A DNA stretch of 63,281 nt, filler included, from Octopus bimaculoides (Eukaryota), in the NCBI RefSeq assembly GCF_001194135.2. It is 4 parts of 4 records of this genome, joined end to end, with 100 filler letters (N's around TTAATTAATTAA, not from the genome) between each part and the next. Parts side by side here need not be neighbours in the genome. Positions count along the whole stretch, not along the records: positions 45,063 to 63,281 come from NC_068991.1; 3 more parts are not named here. One strand, 5' to 3'. The notes beneath the pieces are model-generated. The model saw only the letters and a list, made by a program, of their open reading frames with translations, was not told the origin of the DNA and searched no databases. The translations under genes and the position numbers were made by a program. Shown piece by piece: positions 62,691 to 63,281 of this stretch. Positions within the stretch are counted from its first letter, which is position 1; each line of letters starts with the position of its first letter.

Positions 62691-62834
62691 GCTGTTTTCA
62701 AGCTGGAGAACATGGAACAATTCTGAAGAAGCTGAATACAAACGAACAAAAATGCTACGAGGTACTGGAAAATGACAATTTGACAGCATTTATTCCTGCA
62801 ACTCGGGGTGAAGTAGTCAAAGAAAATGGTGAAA
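62691..62834 (+). CDS. ITPK: Inositol-trisphosphate 3-kinase exon (catalytic N-lobe); gene continues beyond the window
   Basis: Acceptor ttttctcag and donor AA|gttagt; 144 nt, phase-compatible with the 58505 exon. Translation (G)CFQAGEHGTILKKLNTNEQKCYEVLENDNLTAFIPATRGEVVKENGE matches IP3K GSFKAA-NGRILKK...E..C...L..FVP..HG.VVKDGE. Confidence 0.93.
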
Positions 62835-63281
62835 GTTAGTATAACTATTTAATTATTTTCCGTTGTTTCATTGGTTAACATAAAAATCTCTGTTAGAGTA
62901 ATGAACTGGCCAAAATGGTACTTGTAGTACCAATGATACAAATCTTATAGTACTAGGTTGAGGAAAAAGTTTGTGTGCTGTGTTAAAATAATGATTTTTT
63001 TATGGAAGAATTTATTCAAAAATAACTATTCTTCAAAATAAAGACCATCAGAGGTGCTCTGTGAATTGGTCAGCCAAGCAGCATCCTGTTTGACCGATGT
63101 ACAGAGAAGGGTAGAAAGAGCAGGAGATGCAGTAAAAGACCTATATATGTATATGTGGAGAATTCACAAAAAAAAACAAATGACAAAGACAGGTGGTGTA
63201 GAAAACAAACAGATGTATTAGTATAATGCTCGGGAATTGAAAAAGTCTTTAAGATTTCGAGCCTACGCTCTTCTACAGAAA

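Noticed and set aside
4109-62834. Functional GAD-IP3K neural gene cluster
   Set aside because: Three artificial joins lie between the genes, so adjacency cannot be supported from this sequence.
16-63281. Most ORFs in the supplied track (poly-YI, CV, HT, I, D, LS and X-filled ORFs)
   Set aside because: They are translations of microsatellites, low-complexity tracts and N-gaps, many with GTG/TTG starts rendered as M; no coding evidence.

Overview
AT-rich, microsatellite-dense eukaryotic genomic DNA, most likely cephalopod (Octopus-like; inferred from repeat families and composition). It has many N-gaps and three artificial N44-TTAATTAATTAA-N44 scaffold linkers. Two + strand protein-coding genes are partly recoverable, and none of their conserved exons is translated in the supplied ORF track. 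(1) Two exons of a glutamate decarboxylase (GAD)-type group II PLP decarboxylase lie at 4109-4215 and 4740-4855. (2) An inositol-trisphosphate 3-kinase (IP3K/ITPK) has catalytic-domain exons at 58505-58604 and 62691-62834 and a probable upstream start exon at 50162-50314; the gene continues past the window end. The rest is tRNA-derived SINEs of several families, 5'-truncated RTE and R4/Dong LINEs, mariner, Tc2 and hAT MITEs, fold-back hairpins, minisatellites born inside SINEs, and one LTR-like segment with an orphan ORF. The most striking observation is a tRNA-headed SINE (11830-12064, - strand) whose body folds into a complete minimal type I hammerhead ribozyme. CpG density drops sharply after about 45 kb, consistent with a methylated IP3K gene body, but the drop coincides with a scaffold join. 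No rRNA, true tRNA gene or CRISPR array was found. Exon coordinates were counted base by base; repeat boundaries are approximate. All homology calls are from motif recall, not database searches.
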